Shown in pieces: positions 41,019 to 50,177 of a DNA stretch of 64,000 bases (position 1 is its first letter; each line of letters begins with the position of its first letter). The stretch spans positions 177,558 to 241,557 of the forward strand of contig CAVUUR010000006.1 in NCBI GenBank assembly GCA_963744715.1, given 5' to 3'. The position numbers and the translations under genes are program-made. Below the pieces are notes generated by a model. That model saw only the letters and a program-made list of their open reading frames with translations, was not told the DNA's origin and searched no databases. Source of the DNA: an uncultured bacterium. GTDB taxonomy: Bacteria > Babelota > Babeliae > Babelales > JACPOV01.

Positions 41019-42347
41019 ATGCATAATTTTTATACTGATGGCTGGCTTAAAAAAAAAGTCGGCAACAGCCTTGAAGAAATTCATAAATCAATCAACATTC
41101 CTCATAATGGCTCATTTATACAAAAAATGCTTTCATTCGCTGGGCCTGGCTACTTGGTAGCTGTCGGCTACATGGATCCTGGTAATTGGGCAACTGATTT
41201 GGCCGGAGGTTCCGCATTTGGTTACACCTTATTATCAGTTATCATGCTATCAAATATTATGGCAATTATTTTACAATACCTTTCTATTAAATTAGGTATT
41301 GTGAGTGGCCGAGATTTAGCACAAGCATGCCGCGATCATTATTCACGCAGCACTACTATATTTTTATGGATATTGGCCGAAATTGCGATTATTGCCTGCG
41401 ATTTGGCAGAAGTAATTGGTTCCGCTATTGCGCTGTATCTTTTATTTCATATCCCATTAGCAGTCGGTGTAATTATCACCGCTGGTAATGTAGCATTAAT
41501 TTTTATGCTCCAACATTATAACTTTCGTTACGTCGAATCATTAGTTATCATGCTGATTACTATTATTATGATCTGTTTTATCACGATCATTATAATGGCT
41601 CAACCATCACTCACACAATTGCTAAAAGGATTTATTCCAACAACAGAACTGTTTACTAATACCGAAATGCTCTATATTGCGGTTGGTATTTTAGGAGCAA
41701 CCGTAATGCCACACAATCTTTATTTGCATTCTGCTATAGTGCAAACACGCAATAATGAAGAAACAGAAAAAGGCAAGCGCGAAGCATTATGGTTTTTTAC
41801 GCTTGATTCAACGATCGCTCTTTCATTAGCATTTTTTGTGAACGCTGCAATTTTAATTGTTGCCGCCGCCGTATTTCATGTGAACAGTATGTACCATGTA
41901 GCGCAATTAGGAGATGCCTATTTATTATTGTCACCATTATTGGGCACCGGTGCGGCCAGCATTATATTTGCTTTAGCACTTTTGCTCTCTGGGCAAAATG
42001 CAACGTTGACCGGAACATTGGCAGGGCAAATAATTATGGAAGGTTTTATTGATATCAAAATTCCACCATGGGCACGCAGGCTCATTAGTAGATCATTAGC
42101 AATTATTCCTGCAATGATAGTAATTGTATTATTTGGTGAACAAAAACTTTCACAATTATTATTATTGAGTCAGGTTATTTTAAGTCTGCAATTGCCCTTT
42201 GCTGTATTTCCCCTCGTGCGTTTTACCAGCCAAAAAGATAAAATGCACAATTTTGTAAATAGTTTGCTTATGCAAATCATTGCTTATGGCATCGCTTTTC
42301 TTATAGCATTGCTCAATATATGGCTTATCTATAAAGCTATCATATAA
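41019..42347 (+). CDS. mntH: Nramp-family divalent metal (Mn2+) transporter
   Basis: YMDPGNWATD, GATVMPHNLYLHS, GTLAGQIIMEGF, SQVILS.QLPFA. Confidence 0.96.
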   Translation: MHNFYTDGWLKKKVGNSLEEIHKSINIPHNGSFIQKMLSFAGPGYLVAVGYMDPGNWATDLAGGSAFGYTLLSVIMLSNIMAIILQYLSIKLGIVSGRDLAQACRDHYSRSTTIFLWILAEIAIIACDLAEVIGSAIALYLLFHIPLAVGVIITAGNVALIFMLQHYNFRYVESLVIMLITIIMICFITIIIMAQPSLTQLLKGFIPTTELFTNTEMLYIAVGILGATVMPHNLYLHSAIVQTRNNEETEKGKREALWFFTLDSTIALSLAFFVNAAILIVAAAVFHVNSMYHVAQLGDAYLLLSPLLGTGAASIIFALALLLSGQNATLTGTLAGQIIMEGFIDIKIPPWARRLISRSLAIIPAMIVIVLFGEQKLSQLLLLSQVILSLQLPFAVFPLVRFTSQKDKMHNFVNSLLMQIIAYGIAFLIALLNIWLIYKAII

Positions 42348-42444
42348 ATAACTAACCTATGTAAAAAAGACTTTGCTTAAATATTGCAATGCGTGCAGCA
42401 AGGGCAGTAGTATAAAAGCAAAATAATTCAAAAAAGGAGCATGA

Positions 42445-44616
42445 ATGAATAAAAAAATAGTTGTATGCATCAGCATATTATCACTTTATAGCACAGCCAC
42501 ATTTGGCATGAGCGATCAAGCAAAACTACAAGACATATTAACAAAGTTTAAGAGCCCAGGCATCGCCGGTACTAAATATACAAATTTATTGACAGCAATA
42601 AATGCATTCACGGGTGATGTAAATACCAAATTTACTAATGGTTCAAGGCTGCTTATAGAACTTGCAAAAGATTCCAGCCCATCAATAATAGAACCTATAA
42701 AGGCACTGCTAGGTAAAGGGGCCGATCCTGCATTAAAAGATGGTAACGACTGGAAGGCTATTGATTATGCATCCAATGCCAATAAGGATGTATTTAATTT
42801 ATTGCTAGAAACACAGAACAACTTACAAGATTTTGTGGAGGCTGCAAAAAAAGGTGATATGAAAATTGTACGCGATTTCCTTGCAAAATCACCTGAAAAA
42901 ATTAATAATTTTGCACCGACAAGAATCGGCGGCCAGCAATTAAATGCTCTCATGGCAGCAGCCGCTAATAGTAGACTTCCTATGATCAACGAATTGTTAT
43001 CAAACCAATACAAAGCGGATGTAAATATACAAAATGAAAATGGCTATACGGCACTCATTCTTGCTTGCATTACTCCTGATAATAGACAAGTAATAGAGGC
43101 GCTTCTTAAGGCTGGCGCCGATGCCACAATAGCTGATAAAAATGGGCAAACCGCATTAATGCATGCAATTTTAAGTAAAAATATCAGCGTTGTAGATGGC
43201 TTAGTCAAAAAATCAGATATTAATGCTCTCGATAAAAACGATAAAACAGTATTGGATTTAGCCAATGATGCAAACATGTCTAAGATAGCTGCGAGCTTAA
43301 AAAAATTGTACGGTGCAAAAACGTATACAGAACTTCAGGCACAACCACCGGCTCCCGCCCAAATAACAGTTAAAGAATTTGTGCAAGCTGCTCACGATGG
43401 CGATCTTGCAAAAGTACAACAATTTCTCGCAAATCCGGAGAGCGTTAAAAAAATTAATGAGTTTGCAGACATACGAGAAGAGGGCATACAACCAATTACA
43501 TCTAATGCTTTATTTGCAGCCGTAAAAGAATCAAAAGAAGCTATTATAAATGAACTAGTTAAACATAGAGAGCTTGCTATAAACACGCAAGATCAAAATA
43601 AAAATACTGCGCTCCACGTTGCAGTTTTCAAGGAAAACCAGAATATTATTACAACATTATTAAATAACGGTGCAAATCCAAATATTCGAGACTCCTTCGG
43701 CATGACTCCCCTAATGCGTGCCGTTCAGATGAACAATACCGATAGCGTAAATGCATTATTAAATAACCAAAAAACCGATGCTAACCTGAAATCGAACAAG
43801 GATTTCCCACAAACTTGGGAAACTGCTTTATGGATTGCTCTTAATAAGGGAAACCCGAATAAGGATATTATTAAAGCATTAGTAGATAAAGGTGCAGATA
43901 TTACTATTAAAAATCGTCAAGGCAAACTGCCCCTGCAATTTGCTCGAGATAACAACCTCACGGAAATTGAGACAATTTTAGAACAAAAATCACCCTCTAT
44001 TGAAACAAAGCTCAAGGCTCTTGAACAAGCAATTGAAAAAAATTTGCCTGCTGAAGTAAAGGATCTTTTACGAGATGCAGATATCAAGAATCATATTAAT
44101 GATTTGACAACAATAAATAACGAGAAGAGAACATTTCTTACCTATGCTGCAGGTCAAAGAAATATAGATCATACTATTATTCAAGCATTACTTGGTGCCG
44201 GGGCAAATATTAATGGAACGGATCATATGGGCGATACAGCTCTTATGCAAGCAGTCTTAGCGAATAATCAAAGCTTGGTAACGCTATTATTAGATAATAA
44301 TGCTAACGTTAATGCGCAATCTGAGGCTGGAGATAAAGCTACAGCATTAATGTTAGCCGCAGAATGGGCGCCGCACCTAATATCATTGTTACTTGCGCGT
44401 GGAGCAAGGATTGATTTGAAAAACAAATATGAGGAGACTGCTTTGGATATAGCCAAACGGAATAATAATGGGGATTCTATAAAATTTCTTGAAGAAGCAG
44501 CGAAAAAACAACAACCTTCACAACAAGTGGATCTTGGCACGGTATATCAAAATCTAATGCAACTTAATACTGCATTGCGAACATTACAACAAACATTGCG
44601 ACCCAGCTTTCGCTAA
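42445..44616 (+). CDS. exported multi-module ankyrin repeat protein
   Basis: Signal peptide; many ankyrin repeats; DLGTVYQNL tail; AAGGAG RBS. Confidence 0.92.
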   Translation: MNKKIVVCISILSLYSTATFGMSDQAKLQDILTKFKSPGIAGTKYTNLLTAINAFTGDVNTKFTNGSRLLIELAKDSSPSIIEPIKALLGKGADPALKDGNDWKAIDYASNANKDVFNLLLETQNNLQDFVEAAKKGDMKIVRDFLAKSPEKINNFAPTRIGGQQLNALMAAAANSRLPMINELLSNQYKADVNIQNENGYTALILACITPDNRQVIEALLKAGADATIADKNGQTALMHAILSKNISVVDGLVKKSDINALDKNDKTVLDLANDANMSKIAASLKKLYGAKTYTELQAQPPAPAQITVKEFVQAAHDGDLAKVQQFLANPESVKKINEFADIREEGIQPITSNALFAAVKESKEAIINELVKHRELAINTQDQNKNTALHVAVFKENQNIITTLLNNGANPNIRDSFGMTPLMRAVQMNNTDSVNALLNNQKTDANLKSNKDFPQTWETALWIALNKGNPNKDIIKALVDKGADITIKNRQGKLPLQFARDNNLTEIETILEQKSPSIETKLKALEQAIEKNLPAEVKDLLRDADIKNHINDLTTINNEKRTFLTYAAGQRNIDHTIIQALLGAGANINGTDHMGDTALMQAVLANNQSLVTLLLDNNANVNAQSEAGDKATALMLAAEWAPHLISLLLARGARIDLKNKYEETALDIAKRNNNGDSIKFLEEAAKKQQPSQQVDLGTVYQNLMQLNTALRTLQQTLRPSFR

Positions 44617-44639
44617 CGCATAATTAATTAATACCTATC

Positions 44640-44672
44640 AGGCCTCGTGGAAAAAATTCACGAGGCCTTTTT
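44640..44672 (+). terminator. intrinsic terminator
   Basis: AGGCCTCGTG...CACGAGGCCT followed by a T-tract. Confidence 0.8.
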
Positions 44673-44810
44673 GTCTCTAACGATAAAGATACCTTAAAAT
44701 CAATGAATAATTGTTGAGATTAATAAAAAACATTGTGAATTATTGCAATTAATATACAAAAAATGCTATTATAAAATATAAAGTAAACAACCCGAAGTGA
44801 GGAGAACTCA

Positions 44811-45527
44811 ATGAATAAGAAAATATTCTCATGTATAAGCATATTATTTTTTTATAGCAGTATAGCACTTGGGGGTGAAATACAAGAATTTGTACAAGCT
44901 GCTTACGACGGCAATCTTGCAAAAGTACAAGAATTTCTTAAAAAATCCCCCAATAAAATCAATGATTTTACAATACAAAATGAATCATGGGGTTGGGTGG
45001 TGGAGAATCAGAAGGGAGAGAAAGATAAAGTAAATGCTTTACTAGTAGCCGCTCAAAATAATCAGGAAGCTATTGTAAATGAATTACTTAAATATAAAAA
45101 TCTTAACCTCAATGCTAAAACATCAATATCAGGAAAAACTGCCCTTCATTATACAGGTAATCAAAATGTGATTAATGCATTAATAAATAAAGGCGCAGAT
45201 CCAAATATACAAGATGATCTTGGAACGACCCCGCTTATGAAAGCTGTTGAAAGTGGTGATACGAATGCTGTAAAAAGTTTATTAAAATCTCCAAAGATAA
45301 ACGTTAATACAGCCATGCCCAATACTCATGAAACTGCTTTGTCGATTGCTATTGAGTCCGTGAGCCCGGATATGGACATCGTTAAAGCATTGGTAGCTAA
45401 AGGTGCAAATATTAATGCTCCTACTGAAAAAGGTAAAACAGCCCTCGAGTATGCCAAAGAGCACAAATTAACCGAAATCGTAAAACTGTTTGAACAGCAA
45501 AAATCAACCCAATCAACCAAACATTAA
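44811..45527 (+). CDS. exported single-module ankyrin repeat protein, paralog of part of 42445..44616
   Basis: Near-identical signal peptide; EFVQAA.DG.LAKVQ.FL module; lacks the C-terminal tail. Confidence 0.9.
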   Translation: MNKKIFSCISILFFYSSIALGGEIQEFVQAAYDGNLAKVQEFLKKSPNKINDFTIQNESWGWVVENQKGEKDKVNALLVAAQNNQEAIVNELLKYKNLNLNAKTSISGKTALHYTGNQNVINALINKGADPNIQDDLGTTPLMKAVESGDTNAVKSLLKSPKINVNTAMPNTHETALSIAIESVSPDMDIVKALVAKGANINAPTEKGKTALEYAKEHKLTEIVKLFEQQKSTQSTKH

Positions 45528-45580
45528 AAATTTGAACATATTGCAACCTAATTTTTATTAACACCATACAATAAATTATC

Positions 45581-45612
45581 AGACCTCGTTGAACAATTCA
45601 CGGGGTCTTTTT
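45581..45612 (+). terminator. intrinsic terminator, homolog of 44640-44672
   Basis: AGACCTCGT...ACGGGGTCT-TTTTGTC. Confidence 0.7.
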
Positions 45613-45760
45613 GTCTTTTAACAGCAACCTTCAAAAATTAGTTAGTAGTAATTGAAATTAATAAAAATTTTAATATAAATAATAACAATAAACTTTATTG
45701 CGTTAGTTTTACTGTTATACTAAAAAATAGAATTTTTAGTACGTATAAAAAAATGCACCC

Positions 45761-46900
45761 GTGATGATCATCAATACCATTAATACAGCTTTTTTGCCAT
45801 GGAATAGTCCGCCATTGCTACCATTAACCATCTCATTAATTATGGGCATTATATGGCAATCATGTGGATACCCGCTTTATTACACCGGCATTATTACATT
45901 ATTGATAAGTTTTATCACCTATTGGCACTGCAAACAATATGCGCAATGGCTTTTTGTCCTCATAGGGCCTTTATTTTTGACAGGAGCATTTCTTTATCAG
46001 AAACAACAAACGGATTATGCAAATTTGCATGCACAGCTCATAAAAAACCCACTTACTGCAACGGTTACTATAACCGATATTGCAAAGATGGATCATGAAC
46101 GATTTAAATATCATGTTACGGGAATAATCAATCATGCGACGATCAATAATCATCCGGTAAATGACAGCATTAACAAAATAATTATGATCCATACCAACAC
46201 CAACCCATCTTTTTTTGTTGGTGATCAAATAAGCTTACCGCCACTCACCATAAAAGAACCAAGCAATAGTTCTTTAAAAAATTATTTTATTAAAGAAAAT
46301 ATTTTGACCTACAGCACTATTCATCCCTTTACCTACAAACTCATTGAAAGACCTTATCATTCTTTTTGGCGATGGATTTTTGAGCAAAAACAGAAAATCT
46401 TCTTGAATCTAAAAGAAAAAATGTCCCCAACAACCTTCACTTTTTTTTCAGCGATTTTTTTGGGAAACAGAAAAATAAATAAATTTGAATACGCAACCTT
46501 AAAACAATATTGTAAATACTGGGGAATATCACATTATTTGGCTCGATCGGGATTGCATTTAGTAATGATTATTGCCTCCTGGCATATGGCCCTAAGGTAT
46601 ATACCATTATACTTACCTTATAAACACATCCTCATTATTATATTGATAGCATTGTATAGTATATTGAGTTGGTCCAGCATATCATTTTATAGGGCATTAC
46701 TTACCTTCATTATAACAAGCATCATGGTTATCGGTAATCAACAACGCAATACACTGCATATTGTTATATTAGTTACCTTTCTTACGCTACTTCATAATCC
46801 TATGAATCTTTTTTTTCTCGATTTTCAATTAAGTTTTGGCATCACATTTTTTTTAACATGGTTTAATCATATTAATTCACACAGAAAATTAAAACATTAA
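45761..46900 (+). CDS. comEC: ComEC/Rec2 competence protein (membrane part, no metallo-beta-lactamase domain)
   Basis: GISHYLARSGLHL, S..RA, L.HNP.....LDFQLSF. Confidence 0.8.
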   Translation: MMIINTINTAFLPWNSPPLLPLTISLIMGIIWQSCGYPLYYTGIITLLISFITYWHCKQYAQWLFVLIGPLFLTGAFLYQKQQTDYANLHAQLIKNPLTATVTITDIAKMDHERFKYHVTGIINHATINNHPVNDSINKIIMIHTNTNPSFFVGDQISLPPLTIKEPSNSSLKNYFIKENILTYSTIHPFTYKLIERPYHSFWRWIFEQKQKIFLNLKEKMSPTTFTFFSAIFLGNRKINKFEYATLKQYCKYWGISHYLARSGLHLVMIIASWHMALRYIPLYLPYKHILIIILIALYSILSWSSISFYRALLTFIITSIMVIGNQQRNTLHIVILVTFLTLLHNPMNLFFLDFQLSFGITFFLTWFNHINSHRKLKH

Positions 46901-46968
46901 TAAAATTATTGATATTTCCTCTTTAGATTTATTACGATATCAATAGATTACCAATAAAAAAAGGGGAT

Positions 46969-48531
46969 GTGATGAAATATGCACTTATTCGTACTAACAT
47001 TTTTTTTCTAGTATGTATCTTCTGGTCATTTTCGACAGAATCTAATAACGATAGTGCCCCAATAATTTTTTCAGAAAATACGATTCGAGATACTCCAACA
47101 CCTAAATCATTAGCTATTGATAACGCATCAACCAACATTATCACCCATGATACCATAATGACCATTTCCTCTTTGCAAGAGGCAATGCAATCAGAAAATT
47201 TTATGCATTCAATTACAACGACATCTGCGTTATCAAATAATACAACATCAACTGATTCAATGACCAAAAATCAACGGCAACCAGCTATAAAAGATTGGAC
47301 CATTATTACTTATATGGCAGCCGATAATGATTTAGCTCCTTTTGCGCGAAGAAATCTTAAACAGCAGGCAGACGTTGGCTCTAATGATCGCGTAAATATT
47401 GTTACACAACTTGATACACGCATTAATGGCAACATCAAAGTAACAAAACGCTACTACATTGAGCCCAATAAGCTTATTGTTATGAATCAACATGATCCAA
47501 TATCACAAAAAATGGATAGTGGCGCGCCGGAAACACTTATTGATTGTTGCCGATGGGCAATTCAAAATTTCCCTGCGCACAATTATGCTTTAATATTATG
47601 GAACCATGGGACTGGCGTTATTGATATTGGCAAACTGCGCAGCATTAATCCATTGCAACTGTTTTCTTTCAATCCTAGCACAAATTTAATTGAGCTCGAC
47701 CGCAATATTCCTTTTCTTGAATTTATTCAAAGCATTCCGGAACGCGGAATTTGCTTTGACGATTCAACGGGACATTATCTAACTAATCAAGATCTGGATA
47801 TGGCCCTTAAAGAGATTTGTACCAACTTTTTACACGGGAAAAAATTTAGCTGCATTTGCTTCGATGCCTGCTTAATGGCCATGCTCGAAATAGCAAATGT
47901 TATTAAAAATTATTCTGATTTTATGATAGCTTCTCAAGAAATTGAATTAGGGGCTGGTTATGATTATAAGAGAATGCTCACGCCACTCTTAACTGAACCG
48001 ATGAATAAAGCTACTTTTGCCAAACATATTGTAGCATCCTATGAAAATGTATATAGCCAAATAACCAATGATTTTACACAATCGGCCATTAATTTACTTC
48101 ACATCCCTGCACTTGAACAAAATATTAACACCGTAGCGACATTACTCATTGATAGTTTGAAATACCAACAAGGGACAACCATTAAAGATGCAATTAAAGC
48201 AAGCAGGCACAAATTATTATGTACCCATTTTGATGAACCGAGCTATTTAGATTTGCATCATTTTTATAGCAATGTTTTACAAAATCTTAAAAATTTTCAG
48301 TATCAACATGAAACGCATAGATACTTAAAAGATGTCCTTGCCAAGACGCTACAAGAGGGAATGTCGCTCATAAAAAGAACCGTTATTGCTAACGCCACGG
48401 GCAAAAACTTAAAATTGGCTCATGGAATTTCAATTTATTTTCCAGAGCGGGGCATCCACAATTCATATCACAACACCTCATTTGCCTTGTCAAATCAATG
48501 GATAAAGTTTTTAATAACCTACCTACAATAG
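46969..48531 (+). CDS. exported clostripain-family (C11) cysteine peptidase
   Basis: WTII.YMAADNDL, LILWNHG, FDACLMA.LE, ASQE.E, GISIYFP. Confidence 0.92.
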   Translation: MMKYALIRTNIFFLVCIFWSFSTESNNDSAPIIFSENTIRDTPTPKSLAIDNASTNIITHDTIMTISSLQEAMQSENFMHSITTTSALSNNTTSTDSMTKNQRQPAIKDWTIITYMAADNDLAPFARRNLKQQADVGSNDRVNIVTQLDTRINGNIKVTKRYYIEPNKLIVMNQHDPISQKMDSGAPETLIDCCRWAIQNFPAHNYALILWNHGTGVIDIGKLRSINPLQLFSFNPSTNLIELDRNIPFLEFIQSIPERGICFDDSTGHYLTNQDLDMALKEICTNFLHGKKFSCICFDACLMAMLEIANVIKNYSDFMIASQEIELGAGYDYKRMLTPLLTEPMNKATFAKHIVASYENVYSQITNDFTQSAINLLHIPALEQNINTVATLLIDSLKYQQGTTIKDAIKASRHKLLCTHFDEPSYLDLHHFYSNVLQNLKNFQYQHETHRYLKDVLAKTLQEGMSLIKRTVIANATGKNLKLAHGISIYFPERGIHNSYHNTSFALSNQWIKFLITYLQ

Positions 48532-48626
48532 GTTATCATTTTTGGCATAAATCAACGCAATACACATAATAGCCAATATTTATTTGACCAAAAGAAATAA
48601 TAAATCCACATTGAAGCCAAAAAAGA

Positions 48627-48681
48627 TGTGGATAACTTGTGGATAACTTGTGGATAACTTGTGGATAACTTGTGGATAACT
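48627..48681. repeat. 5 x 11-bp tandem repeat, each unit a DnaA box (TGTGGATAA) plus CT
   Basis: Read directly from the sequence. Confidence 0.95.
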
Positions 48682-48920
48682 CTCTAAAACCACCATTAAA
48701 TCAATTAATGGCAATAACAACATGTTAGAAATGTACATCAAGAAATAGTTTGCCGTATAAGAAAATTATAAAACATCACAATGCCCACAAGTTATCCACA
48801 GGTTATCCACAATAAAAATAATTTTTAATAAATCGACCCAGTAATCATTCCCGAAAGGCAACACCCAAGTTATCCACAATTTTCTTCTTGCTTATTACTA
48901 TATTTATATAAAAGATATTA
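48627..48920. other. probable chromosomal replication origin (oriC)
   Basis: Five tandem TGTGGATAACT (48627-48681); TTATCCACA at 48792, 48803 and 48870; AT-rich tract after the last box; visible C-rich to G-rich switch on the + strand. Confidence 0.85.
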
Positions 48921-49053
48921 AACTATAAATAACATCCCCAAAGATCCTCTTCTTAATAACTTTTGGCACCGGACTTGTTTTCTTTCATTTTTTTAAATTT
49001 TTGCTACACTGATAATACATTGTCTAATTTTGAATAGAAAAACAAAGGACCCC

Positions 49054-50109
49054 GTGAAACTCGCTCATGTAATAGACGAACTCGTTGAGGAAAGAGGGCT
49101 TGATCGTACTCTTTTAGCCTCCATTATTTCTGAAGGCATCACCGCTGCTTATGCAAAAAAATTCCCTGAGTCCACGTTCCAGGTTAGCTATAATAAAAAA
49201 ACCGACGAGCTTGAGATTCAGGCAAAAAAAAGAGTTGTTTCTGCGGTGCAAGATGAAGAAAAAGAAATTAGCCTAAGAAAGGCTCGGGCTCTTTTTCCTA
49301 AAGCCGAAATAGATGAAGAATTATGGGTTCCATTTGAGGGGAAAATTGGTCGCATCGAAATTTTAAGGGCAAAGCAAGTCATTGCAAGCAAAATTCGTGG
49401 CGTTGAGGCTGCGGCAATTTTTAACGAGTATAAAGATAAAAAAGATACTATTGTCCACGCTGTTATTCACAAATGTGAAAGCGGAGGCATGACCTTAAAG
49501 CTTGGTGAGACGGTAGCTTTTTTGCCCAAGTCATTGTCGTCGCCCCTTGATAAGTGCGTGGTCGGATATTCCATTAGAGCTGTTTTAAAAGATGTTCTGG
49601 TTGAACCGCGCAATGATTGCCAATTAATCTTAGATAGGTCTTCGGCTGATTTTGTTCGTAAATTGTTCGAGCTTGAGATTCCTGAAATTTATGAAGAGTT
49701 GGTTGAGATAAAGAATATTGCTAGGATACCTGGCTATAAAACAAAAATAGCAGTGCGATCCAATGATAAAAATATTGACCCTGTGGGAACTTGTGTTGGT
49801 TTGAGGGGTGTCCGTATTCAGCCCATTATAAAAGAGCTTGGCGGAGAAAAAATTGATGTTATTGCATGGTCTGATTCTATGGAGTCTTTAGTTGCCGATG
49901 CCCTGAAGCCTGCAATTATTAATCGTGTCGAGTTGATTGATAAGTCATCGGCCAATGTTTGGCTTGATGAAGATCAGCGTTCTCTTGCTATAGGCAGAAT
50001 GGGGCAGAATATTGCTTTGGCCTCTCAGTTGACGGGGGTTAATATTAACTTGATCCAAAGTGAAAAAAGAGAAAATGATGAAGATATAAGTGATGAATTT
50101 ATTGAGTAA
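49054..50109 (+). CDS. nusA: transcription termination factor NusA
   Basis: GTG start after AAGGA; AKQVI, LFELEIPEI, AR.PG..TKIAV, DPVGTCVG.RG.RI, EKIDVI.W, LAIGRMGQNI.LA. Confidence 0.97.
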   Translation: MKLAHVIDELVEERGLDRTLLASIISEGITAAYAKKFPESTFQVSYNKKTDELEIQAKKRVVSAVQDEEKEISLRKARALFPKAEIDEELWVPFEGKIGRIEILRAKQVIASKIRGVEAAAIFNEYKDKKDTIVHAVIHKCESGGMTLKLGETVAFLPKSLSSPLDKCVVGYSIRAVLKDVLVEPRNDCQLILDRSSADFVRKLFELEIPEIYEELVEIKNIARIPGYKTKIAVRSNDKNIDPVGTCVGLRGVRIQPIIKELGGEKIDVIAWSDSMESLVADALKPAIINRVELIDKSSANVWLDEDQRSLAIGRMGQNIALASQLTGVNINLIQSEKRENDEDISDEFIE

Positions 50110-50177
50110 ATACTTATTTTTTTAATGATATTATTAAGAATTAATTAAATAATCTTTAACCAAATGATAAAGAATCA

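Noticed and set aside
48627..48681. Tandem repeat as CRISPR array or telomeric repeat
   Set aside because: Units are 11 bp with no spacers, no cas genes are present, and each unit is a DnaA box
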